From: Mobula hypostoma
Taxonomy: Eukaryota
Reading direction: 5' to 3'
DNA: 64,000 bases
Assembly (NCBI RefSeq): GCF_963921235.1
Contig: NC_086121.1
Coordinates: 14,942,001 to 15,006,000 of the forward strand
Part shown: in pieces, positions 1-12,895 of the stretch
Layout of the letters: every line of letters begins with the position of its first letter
Position numbering within the stretch: position 1 is the stretch's first letter
The notes under the pieces: model-generated
Databases searched by the model: none
Told to the model about the DNA's origin: nothing
Seen by the model: the letters and a program-made list of their open reading frames with translations, nothing else
Made by a program: the position numbers and the translations under genes

Positions 1-1149
1 TGGGAAGTTAGCAGGAATCAGATGGCTCGGAGGCTGCCCATCAGGCTTTGGATAAATGTGCGGATGTGGATTCAGGGTAGCCGGGGATTCGGTAGGGGGT
101 GGGAGCCAGGCAGGAGCCAACACCCCTGCGGGACGTGTGGAGATTGGGTTGGGGGCACACAAGGATTTGATAGACAGAACATGTTCTTGGCGTCTAGGCT
201 ACACAGAGAACTTGCTTGCTCCATTCTAGGCATGCATGTGGAGCTTTTGCCGAATAAAGGAACTTGAAATTCCTCAGGCGTTTTGCTTTTAAGATCCCAA
301 TTTGAAGGAGTGTGTGAGGCACCCAGAGTGGGGCAGCAATAACTGGAGGAAAGAAAGTCTAATTAGAAAGGCCGCAAGTTCAATTGGGGAAAGGAGCATT
401 AGCGCTGAAGTGAATTGGACTGGGACAAAAACAGAATCTGGAATTTAACTGCCAGTCTGTTGCTGGGTTACCCTGGTATTTAGGGAAAGTTTATGTTAAC
501 CTGAATTTTCAATCATCTTCAGCCATTTTATGCAGCTCCTCTCTCCCGGTCTGATTCCCACCCTCATTCTTTTAATTACGAGGATGTTGAAGTTTCAGCT
601 TTTGATCAGATTTGTCATTTGAAAATTTGTATAAAATATAATCTTATTGCGGACAAAGTTTAAATAAGATTGGAGTTTTGCATGGCAATAGTGATTTTTT
701 TTGTCTTTATTAGAATTTCTATATTTTTTTCTTTTTTGGCCTATAAGTAAATGTTAATAAAAGGCAAGGATTCACTTTTGTATATTTACGCATAATTTGG
801 GCTTGCTTTCTAAATTTCTTTGTGATACAAGTAGTCTGAAATTATATTTGTGTTCATCTTCAGGCGGTCTATCATAATCACAGAAAAATTCCGAGGAAGC
901 AATGCTTTTGGGGGGAAAAATTGCTATTCAGTGTAATTATTGTGTCTAACCTATCTATTGAAGATTCTTCATTTCCAGATCATTCAGAGCTACATCCTAG
1001 CTTTACCAATTAATTCCTGTTTGGAATTCATTACTCTGATTCTGTCTGAGGAATTACTGCTGCAAGTTATTAGTCTCTTTTTTTAAAAAAACAGCCCGTA
1101 GTGAATATAGATAGAGATAGACAAAACCAGAAGTTGGTAATCTCTCTCA

Positions 1150-1413
1150 TCGTAGGTAGAGAAAGGGGGGGGGGGGAGGAAGAAGTTATGAAAGCCCTCA
1201 GTGACAGAAATGAAGCTTGTGCTGTTTTGAAATGGCTTTCAAGATGCGCAGTGATGTCTAATTGGTGCACAGCCTGGCTCAGCACTGAGGCCTCTGTCTG
1301 CTCAGTAAAAGCAACACTGTTGTCAGCATAACACCTGGCTGTACTCCAGAATCAGTCCCGGCCTTGGAAATGGGAGCCCATTTTATCACTGGGTGTTCTG
1401 CTACATTGTAAGT
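1150..1413 (+). other. Candidate alternative first exon ending at a GTAAGT donor
   Basis: Repeat-free block. Strong-context ATG (gaaATGG, 1370-1372) reads MGAHFITGCSAT up to ATT|GTAAGTA (GT at 1408-1409). No transcript evidence. Confidence 0.25.
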
Positions 1414-2260
1414 ATTTGAGCCTTGCGAATGGCTTGTGATTATCCCTCAATACCAAGTGGCTGCTGGAGTTCAAGCATAGGACAGAGTGTACAAAGCCAC
1501 AATCGATATACTAAGTAATCACCCAATACTGGGGAAAAGGGTGGTGGTGTTTTTTGTAGGTGGTTATGAACTTTGTAACGTGATCCTGCTGTTTTGTCAG
1601 TAACGCATTTGTAAACATTCCTTAAAAATACAGGGAAAGTACAAAATAGGTCCACTGGCTAGATATTGAGGTGAAATAGTATTAGAAAATTCCATATCTG
1701 CCTGTCTTTCAGGATTGAGGAAGGTGTAAAAATGTGTATTGATAGCAGTATAATTTGCATCATCAATCTGTGTGGTTTCTCTAGTTTTTAAAATGTGTTT
1801 TTCTGTATTTTTGGACAGTGCTGTCACTTCTGTGCTGTACAGGTCTCCTTGGTATTGGCTGTTCTAGTGTATAATTAACAGTAGCGAGCATTCTTTGGTA
1901 AGATTTAAAAAAACACACAAAATGGTTGAGTGAATAAAGCTTAATACTGCAATGAAAGATGCAATAAAGTTAACTTATAAGCAACGTTTGAGAAATTGGT
2001 TTGAGGCTGGGAATCGAGCATGTCATATTGAAACATTTGTACACTAAGATTTTTTTTCTCTCACTTTTGTCGTGTTTATTTTGTGTGGTTTGAGATTACA
2101 GAAAGATTCACTTCTCTTACTTTTAAACGTGGTTTTGAATTTTGTTTGATTGTGATTCTTCTTCTGAAAGGTTATTTGGTTCATTTGTGGGTGCTACTTT
2201 GAGCAGGTAACCACCGATAAAAGGACAATGCTGATCCTAGAATACTCTATACCTTCTGAT

Positions 2261-2425
2261 CATAATACCATAAGATATAGGAGCAGAATTAGACCAATTG
2301 GCTAATGGAGTCTGCTCCACCATTTCATCAAGGCTGATCCATTTTCCTTCTCAGCTCTGATCTCTTGCCTTCTCCCCATATCTTTTCATGACCTGAACAG
2401 TTAAGAATCTATCAACTTCACTTAA
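2261..2425 (-). mobile_element. CR1-clade (HER1-like) LINE 3' end
   Basis: Reverse complement of the tail gatcagccatgat..ggagcagactc..aattctgctcctatatcttatggt, also seen at 27355, 31433, 41556 and 45512. Confidence 0.85.
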
Positions 2426-3061
2426 AGAAATTATTGAATAAAGTGAATTGTGGAATACTTGGAAACTTGTGATGTAAGTACTTCCAGGATAATATTTTTC
2501 CAAGTCCCAGTTGTATTATTAATCTCTGATTGTTATATAGTAGGCCTGAATGCGAGCCTATACAGGTAGAGTGTTTACACTACATCCTCTGTGCAGGAAA
2601 TTATGGGTGAGAGCAAATCAACAAGGCCTTTACCCAAGGGAGCCATCAGATCTACAGTCCATCAGTCTCCGGTGAAAACTGGAAATCTTTGGAGATCAAA
2701 AATATAGATCATATTTGGATACGAAACCTTTAACTAATTACTTTGCAAAGCCAAAAGCTGAAGGTCTGTATTGGTCCCAATGACTATTTTAGGTTAGAAC
2801 GGAAGAGAGCGTGCTCCCTCAGCTTTATTGAAGGAATAGCTGAAGAAGCCCTTTTTTAAAAATTATTTTTGACGCAGCTGAGAAGTTTCTCTTTGTGCAC
2901 CTTTTCATGAGATCTGCTCACTGCTGATGTTCATTGGCTATCCCTAACCGTTCCTGTACAGAGGCTCTACCACATTGTCGGGGCAGGGTAAGGGTAGCCG
3001 ATCTTCTCCTCTGCAGGACCTAAACGAACTCGATGGTTTGATTGTGCAACAGCTTATTTTT

Positions 3062-3150
3062 AATCCCGAAGAAGAGTCTCAGCCCAAGACGTTGACTGTT
3101 TATTCCTCTCCATGGCTGACCTGCTGAGTTCCTCCAGCATTTTGTGTGGA
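3062..3150 (+). mobile_element. Degraded Penelope-like pLTR end
   Basis: cccgaagaagagtctcagcccaagacgttgactg..ctgacctgctgagttcctccagcattttgtgtg matches the 50890-50985 pLTR; hammerhead core mutated. Confidence 0.8.
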
Positions 3151-5451
3151 CTTTTGTTTTCCCAGATTCAATATACTTGTGATTGTGGGGATGGGCGTGA
3201 ATGCAGAATTCTAAAACTTATGATAGCAATATGGGATCTCTTAATAGATCTGCTGCTCGTTTTCTGTCATTAATTTTGATATTGTATAACTTTCTCTGTT
3301 TGTCCCTTCTGTATAGGCACACCCATCAGGAAAGTGGGTGAGATTCTAAAAGGCAGTGGCTACCACATTGGAATCCATATACAAAGGGAAGTCAATACCG
3401 TTAATAGAGGGTGAGGGAACAGATCATTTAAAGGGTTTTCAGTATATCAAAGAACCTTCTTCAGATTGAGATTTAATCTTAGTGTGGGAATGCAGACAAA
3501 AGGGATTTCCTAGCCTGATAAAGTTGCTCTGATAAAGAACATTAGTGTCCTTAAATGGAAAAGATCTGTTGTTTTCTGTGTTCAGCACGTAAACACTGCC
3601 CGTTTAGCTTTCAGTTTGCGTTTGGTCAGTTTGAACTAAAGCTAGCAGCTCTGACTCATGTGCGCATTGAGATCCAGGCTCTAGCGACCTGCAGCTTCCA
3701 TTTTAGACACTTCCATCTTTGCATCCGCAATCCTTCTGATTTGGAGCGTTGCTTTCTCTTAACACTTGAGTGTCTGCTTAAGCTTTGCCACATGTAAACT
3801 TTGATGAGACTAGAAAGAAATTGTAAAGACCTCAAATGGATTTCTGATATATTTAAGTGTGACACCTCGTACAATTTGAGTTGAAAGTGAAGCCAGTGCA
3901 AAAATTAAACTTTCTCAATCTGAGTTTCTAGTTCACTTGCAAGTAATTTTTGAAGTTACTTGCATTTATGTAAATCTTCTCTTTTTTTTAAAAGAAGTCT
4001 CCCTAATGAAAATTCCAGGCCACTGTCGTTATTCCTGTATATTGTTAACTTTGGATGACCTAGTTTAGTTTAGTGCTAAAAAAATGTGTCAGATTGCTTG
4101 TTCTCTTGTGTGTTGGCTATTGAATGATAATTTTAAAACCACAGCAAAAGAATTGCAGATGAGGTATTGATGCTGTGATATGCCGAGCTACAATGCAGAG
4201 CTTTTCTGTACTTTGCATTCAAGTGCCATATAAGATTGTCTCATTGTGCTTACTTGCATGAAATTACTGTTTTCTATTATATTAGTAAAAAAAACTTTTA
4301 ATTTGGTAGGTTTTTGAAAAGAATGGACAGCAAGAAAAACGTGCATTTTTGTTTTAATTTACGATGCTTAGGATCAATAAGGCAAACTAAACTACTGCCA
4401 CTCAGTGCACACTACCTGAACTGTATTGACGAAAGTGCCATAGAGTGGTCTTTAACCAGCAGCTATGAGAGTTTTAGATTTCTGATGTCACCAGCAGGAT
4501 TCAATGAGAGAAATGTTGAAAATCACTAATTCTCTGGAGATTTAAAATATTGTCTTTGTGCTGAAGTTGAAAGGAGATGTCAGGAAAATTCAGAATTTTA
4601 GGACAAGTGATATTAGTAAACTCTTTTGGATGAGTGGCATGGAGTTCAGCTTGTGAGCCAAATGAATCATTCATCCAGTCTAATCAAAGCAGATCAGATG
4701 ATTATTGATTTAATTGCACTGTCAGACTGTCAGATTTGACTGCTGTATCTGTGCAGGTAAGTCATTTGTTCCTGGAAAATGTAAGGTAGTGAAATAAAGC
4801 CATATAAATGCATGGTTTTTAGATGTTATCCAAGAAAATTGGTTCGTGTCAAATCGGCATTTGGCTCAGTCCTGCTCAAGGCTGAAGTTGTATTCTGGGT
4901 CCGTGACTGAACCAGTCAGTCCTTGGTATTATTATTATGCAGCAGTAACCCAATGGCGCTGCGTTTTGTGGGTACGTGAACGTTCTGGGCTGCAGCAGCC
5001 GTGCATTGACCACTACTTTTGGTGATTGTCCTGCATTGCCAAGATTCCCATGCCATCAATTTGTATATTCGCCAGTTGTGAACATCTTTCTGTTGTGGAT
5101 CTTGGTCATAGAGGAAATTTGCTTTTTTCTGGTTTAGTTTAGGGCTTTTGCTGCAGGTAAAAGGAATCTTATTTGTTTCTCAAACCTGGATGCTGGTGTT
5201 GCCAGGGTAGCAGTTTTGCCTCTCCAGTCTTTCACATCCTCGAATTTTGCACTTCACTGTGTTTTTGAAGGTAGCGAGAAAAAGGATGGTATTCGTTTCA
5301 CAGATAAATGAGAATTATGTTGCTTTGTCATATGGAGATATTGGACCAATAAGTAATATTTTAGATATCAAATCTATTCTTACATTTCCTCTCCAAGTTT
5401 TGATGTAAGAGTACAGCAGGCATTCACATTGTTTCCATCTCGCTAAGGTTG

Positions 5452-5643
5452 ATTTGCTCCTTATGGTGCTTTGGGCAGCAACTTTACCATTTCTCTAGCA
5501 TTTTGTCTGTTTTTACAAGGCTGAGTTGCTAGCTCTACGCTCAACCCAGCACAGGTGGAAAGCATGTAAGGAGCCTACTGGATTCGAACCCAGCACCACT
5601 CGCCTCGCAGACAGGAGCAGATGCCGCTACACCACCAGCTGGC
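5452..5643 (-). mobile_element. tRNA-derived SINE, family B (AAC-repeat tail, probably RTE-mobilised)
   Basis: Minus strand has A-box-like tggtgtagcgg and B-box ggttcgaatcc. Homologous to 47280-47475 and 55388-55598. Confidence 0.8.
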
Positions 5644-5756
5644 TTAAAAGGTTGAATGAGCAAGACATTTTATAGGGCTGGTACTTGCCTCACAATCTAA
5701 CTATTAACTTAGGAACAGTTAAACTACCACATAATTTGATTAAACTGTTATAAAGG

Positions 5757-5985
5757 ACAGTGTTGCTGTTTGCATGATTTGATTTTTGCATGTGGGAGGA
5801 GTTTGAGGTCCTCATTTGAGCAAGTTGGGTTTTTTTGTGCGTGGATTGTTGGGGGGGGGGCGGTTAATGTTTTTCTTTGAAAGGCTTCCATGGTTTTCTT
5901 TGTTTCGTGGCTGTCTGGAGAAGATGAATCTCAGGGTTGTATACTATATACATACCTTAATAATAAATGCTGCACCTTGAATCTT
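5757..5985 (+). mobile_element. Short element with Rex1-type 3' tail
   Basis: Tail gaagatgaatctcagggttgtata..ataataaa..cttgaatcttg is shared with the Rex1-type copies at 26183, 34788, 42008 and 56735. Confidence 0.6.
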
Positions 5986-6636
5986 GGTAGCGCTTTAAAG
6001 ATAAGGGAAGTTTCCTTCCCCCCCTCAATATGAGAATTCAAATCATTTCAAATTCCTGCTGTTAATCGTGCTTTTTCAGAAAGGCTACTGCTCTAAAATG
6101 TTTCTCTCTCCATAGATACTGCTGGACCTGCAGAATATTTCAGCTATTTCCAGTTTTTATACTTATAAAAATGTTTTAAAATGGCTTTACTGTACCTTGT
6201 TATACCCCCCTTTCCCTCCCTGTGTTTCTTTTTAAATGTCTTTTTCTTTCTGAACTGTGTCTGTTTTTTGATTATTCTCATCCATTTTGATTCCTAATGG
6301 CGCCTTTCTTTTCAAACCTTGTTTTAATTCGCTCTTGAATTTTTAGGTGCTGCTGCCTGGTTAGTAACAGTAACCTCATCGATTTACTGGCTATAAACTC
6401 TTGTTATCGCAAACAATCCATTTACCCCTAATTTTTGTTTTCTAGTTTCTCAGTCTTCCTGTGGAATTTAATTTGATGCTGAGATAGTTTCACAGGGACT
6501 TCAAGCTGACCCAAATGCCTCCTTTTCATCTGTAAACCTAGAATGGAAAAAAATGTGAATGTGAGGATTATAATGTGTTCTTTATTTTGGTTGACTCTTG
6601 GTCGAATAATTTAATTCCATTTTCTTTCTCATGGAG

Positions 6637-7265
6637 TCATATACTCATAGATTCACAGAATTATATAGAATGGAAACAGGCCTTTCGGCCCAGCTTTTTC
6701 ATGCTGACCAAGATGTCTTCCTCAGCTGTGGATGTCTTCATTTGGGCCACCTCCCTCTAAACCTTTTCTGTCTATGAACCTCTCCAAATGTAAAAGTACT
6801 TGCCTGGACTGCTTCCTCTGCCCCTCAAGCCCCCTCTAAATCTTTCCCCATGCCCTCTAGGCTTGGGGCCTTGTTAAAAGCCATGCTGAAGCCCATGTAG
6901 ACAATGTCTGCCACCCTGCCCGCATCTATCTTCTTGGTCTCTCTTCAGAAGACTCAGTTAAATTCATGAGATGCAATTCCCATGCACAAAGCCATGCTGA
7001 CTATCCCTAGTCAGACAGCTCCTGTCTCTCAGAATCCTTTGCAGGAACTTTCTGATCACTATTGGGTTTACTGGCCTGTAGGTCCTGTAGCCCTTCTGAA
7101 ATGCACAATATTAGCCACCCTCCAGACTTCTGCTACCTCATCTCTGCCTAGAAGAATGCAGAAATCTCTGTTAGGCCTCAGCAATTTCTTCCCTTGAGAC
7201 ACAATGTCTTAAAATACACTTGGTTAGGCCTTAGGATCTATATGCCTTTATGTTCCTCAAGAGCA
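6637..7265 (-). mobile_element. Old, deleted CR1-clade LINE fragment
   Basis: catagattcacagaatt..ggaaacaggcctttcggccc tail, then degenerate ORF2-like text (ttcccatgcacaaagccatgctgactatcccta). Confidence 0.7.
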
Positions 7266-8030
7266 CCAACAACTTTTCTTCTTTTATAATATTATTTGTG
7301 GATGGTGCACTTGGTTGGCTCTGTAGAAATCTCCTCAGGAGTAAAATTTAAACCCAGCAGGTAATCGTAACCCAGCTTTAGTGCGAGGACAGATATAATG
7401 CTTTCCAGACCAAGCCCAGAAGCAGACAGAAGGCTCCATATACATTGCTGTTGGTCAAGAACAGAGGATTACTACAACCATAGTGACCAAGTCATTCTGG
7501 GCTGGGTGAAGTATTGAGCTGCATTGAACCAGTATGTTTTATCAGCAAAGACGCATGGTGTCAGCTCCCATCCTATTGGGCAGAGGGCAGGCAGCCAGGC
7601 TCTCATCTCTTGCACATGCTGACTGGCTGTGGTGGTCATTCCGCAAGTGCTGGGGTTGCAGAGATGCTTTGTAATGCTGTTGGTAGTAGATGCTCTTGCG
7701 CGGTGAGAACAGCACAGTGTGCTTGCTCACTGCTCCCAGGATGCCGGGTGGACCCGGTTTAAATATAAAGTTCATCTGGCGTGCCAGACTTAAAAATAAT
7801 CTGGGTTATTTAGCTGCCAGGTTTTCCTGGGTGTCTCAGTAACCAATGAAATGAGAAGTGTCAACTGATTCCACACTAGTGCACTTTTTCACAGGAATAG
7901 GAAGGGAGTGATGTCGGAATTTTGTTTTCCTCTGCTGGAGTTAGAATCATAGTCCTAGTCTATCTGAAACAGAACCAATGATGTACTTGTCTTTCTGTTG
8001 TGATTTGCATTGATTTAAGTCTGTAAGTGT

Positions 8031-8093
8031 GTATTGAACTCATGAATACTATCTCACTACTTTTTTATTTCTGTTTTTGCACTAATTTAACTA

Positions 8094-8132
<39 letters not shown>

Positions 8133-8470
8133 TAAATATATTCACAATGTAATTCATGTTTTTTTCTCTATTATCATGTATTGCAAAGTCAACAAATTTC
8201 ACCACACATCAAAGTTGCTAGTGAACGCAGCAGGCCAGGCAGCATCTCTAGGAAGAGGTACAGTCGACGTTTCAGGCCGAGACCCTTCATCCTGACGAAG
8301 GGTCTCAGCCTGAAACATTGACTGTACCTCTTCCTAGAGATGCTGCCTGGCCTGCTGCGTTCATCAGCAACTTTGATGTGTGTTGCTTGAATTTCCAGCA
8401 TCTGCAGAATTCCTCGTGTTTGCGTTTTTAAATTTCACCACATATGTTGGTGATATTAAACCTGATTTTG
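8031..8470 (+). mobile_element. Rex1/Babar LINE 3' UTR with a (TA)n tract, interrupted by a Penelope fold-back
   Basis: Matches the 3' UTR of 16505-17417 (ttgaac..catgaacactacctcactac..acaaatttcac..gtgatattaaacctgatt). (TA)n at ~8099-8123. Confidence 0.8.
8207..8429 (+). mobile_element. Penelope-like fold-back insertion (inverted pLTR arm + tailed pLTR arm)
   Basis: ~85-bp inverted arms. Direct repeat aaatttcaccaca at 8194-8206 and 8430-8442 (TSD). Confidence 0.9.
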
Positions 8471-9419
8471 CTTCGGAAATGGCATGTTTAAAAGACTTGA
8501 TTTGTCAGTTCACCTTGTTTCGACAGAAGTGACGTGGGAATGATTAGCAACATCCTAAATTGCTTCAGCCCTAGGTGTCAATCTCAGAATCGGAATTGGG
8601 TTTAATATCACCAACATGTGCTATGAAATTTGTTTCACTGACATACGTCATGAAATCTTTCTAAAATTTTAGTATATTTGTTATTCTTGAATTTATTCAT
8701 TTCTAATAAGGAGCTATACATTTATAGATTCTGCTGATGGAATATGAAGTAAAATCAGTGTCTGTCTACTTGCCTTTCTTGGTGTTTTCTTTTTAAACCC
8801 TTATTTAGGATATATATACTTTGCAAACCACACACCCAGGAGTGTTCTAAAATCAGGTGGCAGATTCTTGCATTTATTTACTCAAAAATAACTAAATATT
8901 GATTCCACTTTAATGAAATCTATTGCTTATTACACCTTTTTCTTAACTCATTTTGTGCACGCAAGTGAAAAGGCTAGAGTATTATCTTCTCACTCAGAGG
9001 CATGGTTGAAAAAAAACACTTGTGAGTTAACATGTAAACATTAACTGTGTGATAAATCATGCAATTTAACTAGAAGCTCAAAAGCATGCAGCTCAAGAAA
9101 GGCAAAAGCACTTGCATTAAAGTGTTAAGATGCAGACCTGCACAAGCATTTATGAAACCAATATGTTTTGTTTTCCTGTCTGAGGTTTTATTAGTAACAG
9201 GATGTGGGCAGTTGAAGGCCACATGAGGGTCAGAAGAACAAGATTATTACATTGGGTGTTTGAGAGGAACCTATTGGTACTGTTTTGATTAGCACAGGAA
9301 TGCATTCAGGATTACGCCCTGTTTCAAGAAAAACAGTAGATGGTTTCACATGAAGTGCAGAATCCAGTGGTACAACGATGCCTAGAAATTGGATCCATTT
9401 GCGTGGAGATTTTTTTATG

Positions 9420-9700
9420 TGCAATTCATGACTCCCTTTACCACGGCTGACATTTGCCTGGCGTCAGTCAGCTAATAATGTCAGAGGTCACCCAGCACAC
9501 GTTTCCTCCACTGCCTGCAGAAATTCAATTTTTTTTGGGGGGTGGGGGGGGAACTGTTGCGACCTTCACTGTTCACTCGTGCGCACACACACAAAAAAAG
9601 AAACTGAAATGAGGTGGCAGTTAAAGGGTCTGTAGTGACGCACAGTTCCTCAGCGTCACTTTCCAACAGTCAGCATTGTGTTTTAAGAATTCACTAGAGC
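9420..9700. promoter_or_regulatory. Candidate enhancer (repeat-free, CpG-retaining, CRE half-sites)
   Basis: cgtca at ~9462, AGGTCA at 9485-9490, inverted pair agtgacgc (9634-9641) / gcgtcact (9653-9660). Confidence 0.3.
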
Positions 9701-10166
9701 TGTGATTGCTGCCTTCTTATGCAACTTGCTGTTGCATCGTGTCACTGGGTACAACGTCCCATGGGGTGTGGGGAGAGGAGGTCCCAGTCACACACACTGG
9801 GAGAGTTTATTGTCCCCCCCCCCCCGGATTCTCAAACTACTCACCTCCCTGGAAGCCTTTTCTGTGCCTGCGATGTGGAGATTCCTTTTCAAGTGCTTCC
9901 AGTCAGTCTGCCGGTGATGCAGCAGCTGTGGGACTGCATGCTAAGTGTGCTCTTGACGAATGTCGTGATTTTTTTTGGGGAGACCGGAGTAAGCGTTAAC
10001 GCTGCATTGTATGAGTTTAGCCCAAAAGTCGGTCAACCCCTTGTCAGAGCATAAATATCTTCATTGATCTGGCCAGTTTATAACTTGTGTAAACTTTTAT
10101 TGGTGAATTGGTGTACTAAATTGAATCCCAGATGGTGAAATTTATTGGGTATTCATAATAGTAGTC

Positions 10167-10515
10167 ATAATGCTGAGATGCATCCTAGGATATCAGTGAT
10201 GTAACCTGGGGACATCGGGTCTTTCAACATCAGACACCCTCGGCCAGGCATCCCAGCCAGGGTTGATCGGGCCCCGGCTTGAGTCCCAGCAGCACTGGTC
10301 CTTGGGTCACACCTCTTGATCCATAGCCACCTGGAGGCTTGCCCGGCAGCCTCTGTGGCAGTCCTGATGGCTCTTTTGTAGCCCCCGTAATGCCAAGGAG
10401 AGAGTAGGTTCTGCACAGACAAACCTCTACACCCCACCTCTATAGGCTCGTACCATGCCCTCCACCCCTGTCTGCCTCTGACACTGCTCTACTAGCTCCT
10501 GGTATGTATTTGGCT
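10167..10515 (-). mobile_element. HERO-type RLE non-LTR retrotransposon 3' fragment (copy 1)
   Basis: Minus-strand translation (across frameshifts) YQELVEQCQ..EPIEVGCRG..KRAIRTATEAAGQASRWLWIKR is the restriction-like endonuclease C-terminus typical of the HERO clade. Ends ...ctcagcattat, as does copy 2. Confidence 0.85.
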
Positions 10516-11021
10516 TTCTTGAAATAGTAACCTGTTAGCAGTATAAATCTAAAGCATGAAATACATTGAAATGACACTAAATTAATGACCAGGAAAGTCA
10601 ACAATCTTTTCAGCTTGTTACTAATGCTGCATGAGGAAGCATTAATCTGAAGCGAAATGAACATCAGTGTAGGTAAAAGTAATAATGAAAGTGACTCTGA
10701 TGTTGGCCAACTATTGAGAAACTTTTTTTTGCTGCAATACGAGCAGATTCCAGGTTGATAATGCTTGTTGTTTGTGACAGGTTTGGAGTACCTCGACAGT
10801 TTTATTTCTTTATAAACTGTTATTATTTTGTATTTGCTGTGTTTATACAATATATGTTGTCCAGTTGAAGAATTTCACCCCCGCCCCCTTCCTGAATTGC
10901 CACAGAGTTAAAAATTTAGAATGGCTTTCCCAAACTGCACCCACCCTACAGAGAGCTCCCAGATTACCATGAGAGTGTGCGGGGCAGGATTCCTGGAGGG
11001 CATCCATAGCTCCATGCAGAA

Positions 11022-11240
11022 GGGTGCCATACTGGTTAGCACTGTGCTTTACAGTACTGGTCACCCGGGTTCAATCCCCGCTGTTGCACGTAAGGAACTT
11101 GTCTGCCCGTGACGGCGCGGGTTTCTTCCGGGTGCTGCGGGTTCCTCCGATGGTCCAAAGACGTACTGGTTGGTAGGTTAATTAGTCATTGTAAATTGAC
11201 CTGTGACTAGGGTTAAATAGGTGAGTTGGTGGGTGGCAAT
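11022..11240 (+). mobile_element. V-SINE (HE1-like) tRNA-derived SINE
   Basis: B-box ggttcaatccc and V-core gggtttcttccgggtgctgcgggttcctc..gtccaaagacgtac. Confidence 0.85.
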
Positions 11241-12210
11241 TTAAAAAAAAACTTGCTCCTTGTGACTGTTCTTTAGCAGTCTGATCATGCAACCACCCCC
11301 CGTCCTCAACCTCTTTCCCCCCTCCCCCAGTTCTTCCCACATCATTGTTGCAAAGTCCATTCATTCTGTGGCAACTCTGCCCTGGAGCTGGAAGAGTGTT
11401 GCTTGTATTGTGGTATGTCACTTTAAGATTGCAGCTGTAAAGGTCTCTAGTGTTTCAGCAGAGTACATTCTGCTGAAAGTCACATTGTTACTTTCAGTGC
11501 CGTGTTGCACAGGGGAACTTGACAAATCTGTTCTGTGAATTTCATAATTATAGTTTTTTTTAAAAAATGCTGCTTTCATAAAACCTGGTGCCAGGGTGAC
11601 CCACAATACTGGTTTAATGCTTATTTAAAAAAAAGAGAGCTGGCATGTGGCAGTTTCTAGGCCACATTCCCATAAAGATTGGTCAACTTGAATGAAGCAC
11701 AGTAAGTTTACTGAAACAGAGAGGTGGTCAGCATGCAAGTATAGGGCAAAAAGGAAGACAGGCTTGCTTTTGTAGAAGGATTTTGTTAAAGAAAGAGGTA
11801 TACTATTTCCAATGATAACTTAGTGTTTGGCAGAGTTATCTGTATTTCTTTCGTCTGCCAAACCACTGTTCAGATTTAATGCTGCCATATCCAAGATGGG
11901 ACAGTAACCCTTCTGTTAAAAACTATATTTTAAAGAACCTATTTAAGATGATTTCCTCTTGATTTGAAGTTAACAGTTGTTAAATAAGTAATCGATTATT
12001 TTAAAATTCAGATTATTCTTCAGTTGGAAAGATAACACAATTCAATTCAAATTGAGATTATTTTGTGCAACACTGGTAATTTTATAACAGGTTGCAGGTT
12101 AGCATGATGGTTCTTTTATTGCAATGCTGCATTTGGTCTGTAATGCAGCGTTTTATCTGTTATAATCTCTCGGAGGCACATTGCTATATAGAAAAGTATT
12201 GACATGAGAG

Positions 12211-12482
12211 ATTCTGCTGGAAGTCCAAAGCAACGCACAAAATGCTGGAGGAATTCAATAGGCCAGGCAGCATCTATGGAAATGAATAACCAGTTGATGT
12301 TTTGGACTGAGACCCTTCTTAAAATCTAGATTGAATAGAACTTAACCACAAAGTCAGAAAAGTTTAAATTCTGCTCAACTTGATAAATTGAGAAACCAAA
12401 GCTGATCTTTGGAAAGCCTATTAAATTAAAATGTACTACATTAAGGATTATGTCTTGCTGAGTTCCTCCAGCGTGTTGTGAA
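12211..12482. mobile_element. Older Penelope-like pLTR remnants in inverted orientation
   Basis: cacaaaatgctggaggaattcaatagg..gagacccttctt (12211-12320) and inverted ctgagttcctccagcgtgttgtg (~12455-12482). Confidence 0.65.
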
Positions 12483-12895
12483 TGTCTTTAATGAACTAGT
12501 TTTTGGCTAATTAATGGTACATGTTCCAATTCAGCATTTTGGACTAAGTTAATGTTCTTGATATTGTCCATTGGCTCGTGGCTAGGTAACAAACACAAGC
12601 AAACAGCACAGCTCAAGGCATGTGCAAATCTATGTTTACTTCAGCACGCTGTCACCTTAATCCCGGTCTCAGCAGATTACTTTGGTGCTGGCTGCATAAA
12701 GGTCTGTTGCAAACTGACTGATTTAATCAAGGGAGGCATTGAAACTTGGTCTTTTTTTGTATCAAGAGGAGATGCAGCCTATTGGCAGAGCACTGTAGCC
12801 TTGTTTGGAGTTCTACGTTTAATACTCCATCCAGGTGTGAAAAATTTAAACTGTGGTTGGGTTTACCAGTTGCTAAGTGATGATACTCTTGAGTT

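Noticed and set aside
8189-8401. Recurrent 'MLEIQATHIKVA..' ORF (also 12727 and 37784) as a small-protein family
   Set aside because: It is the antisense translation of the Penelope pLTR fold-back, and frames diverge at the variable junctions.
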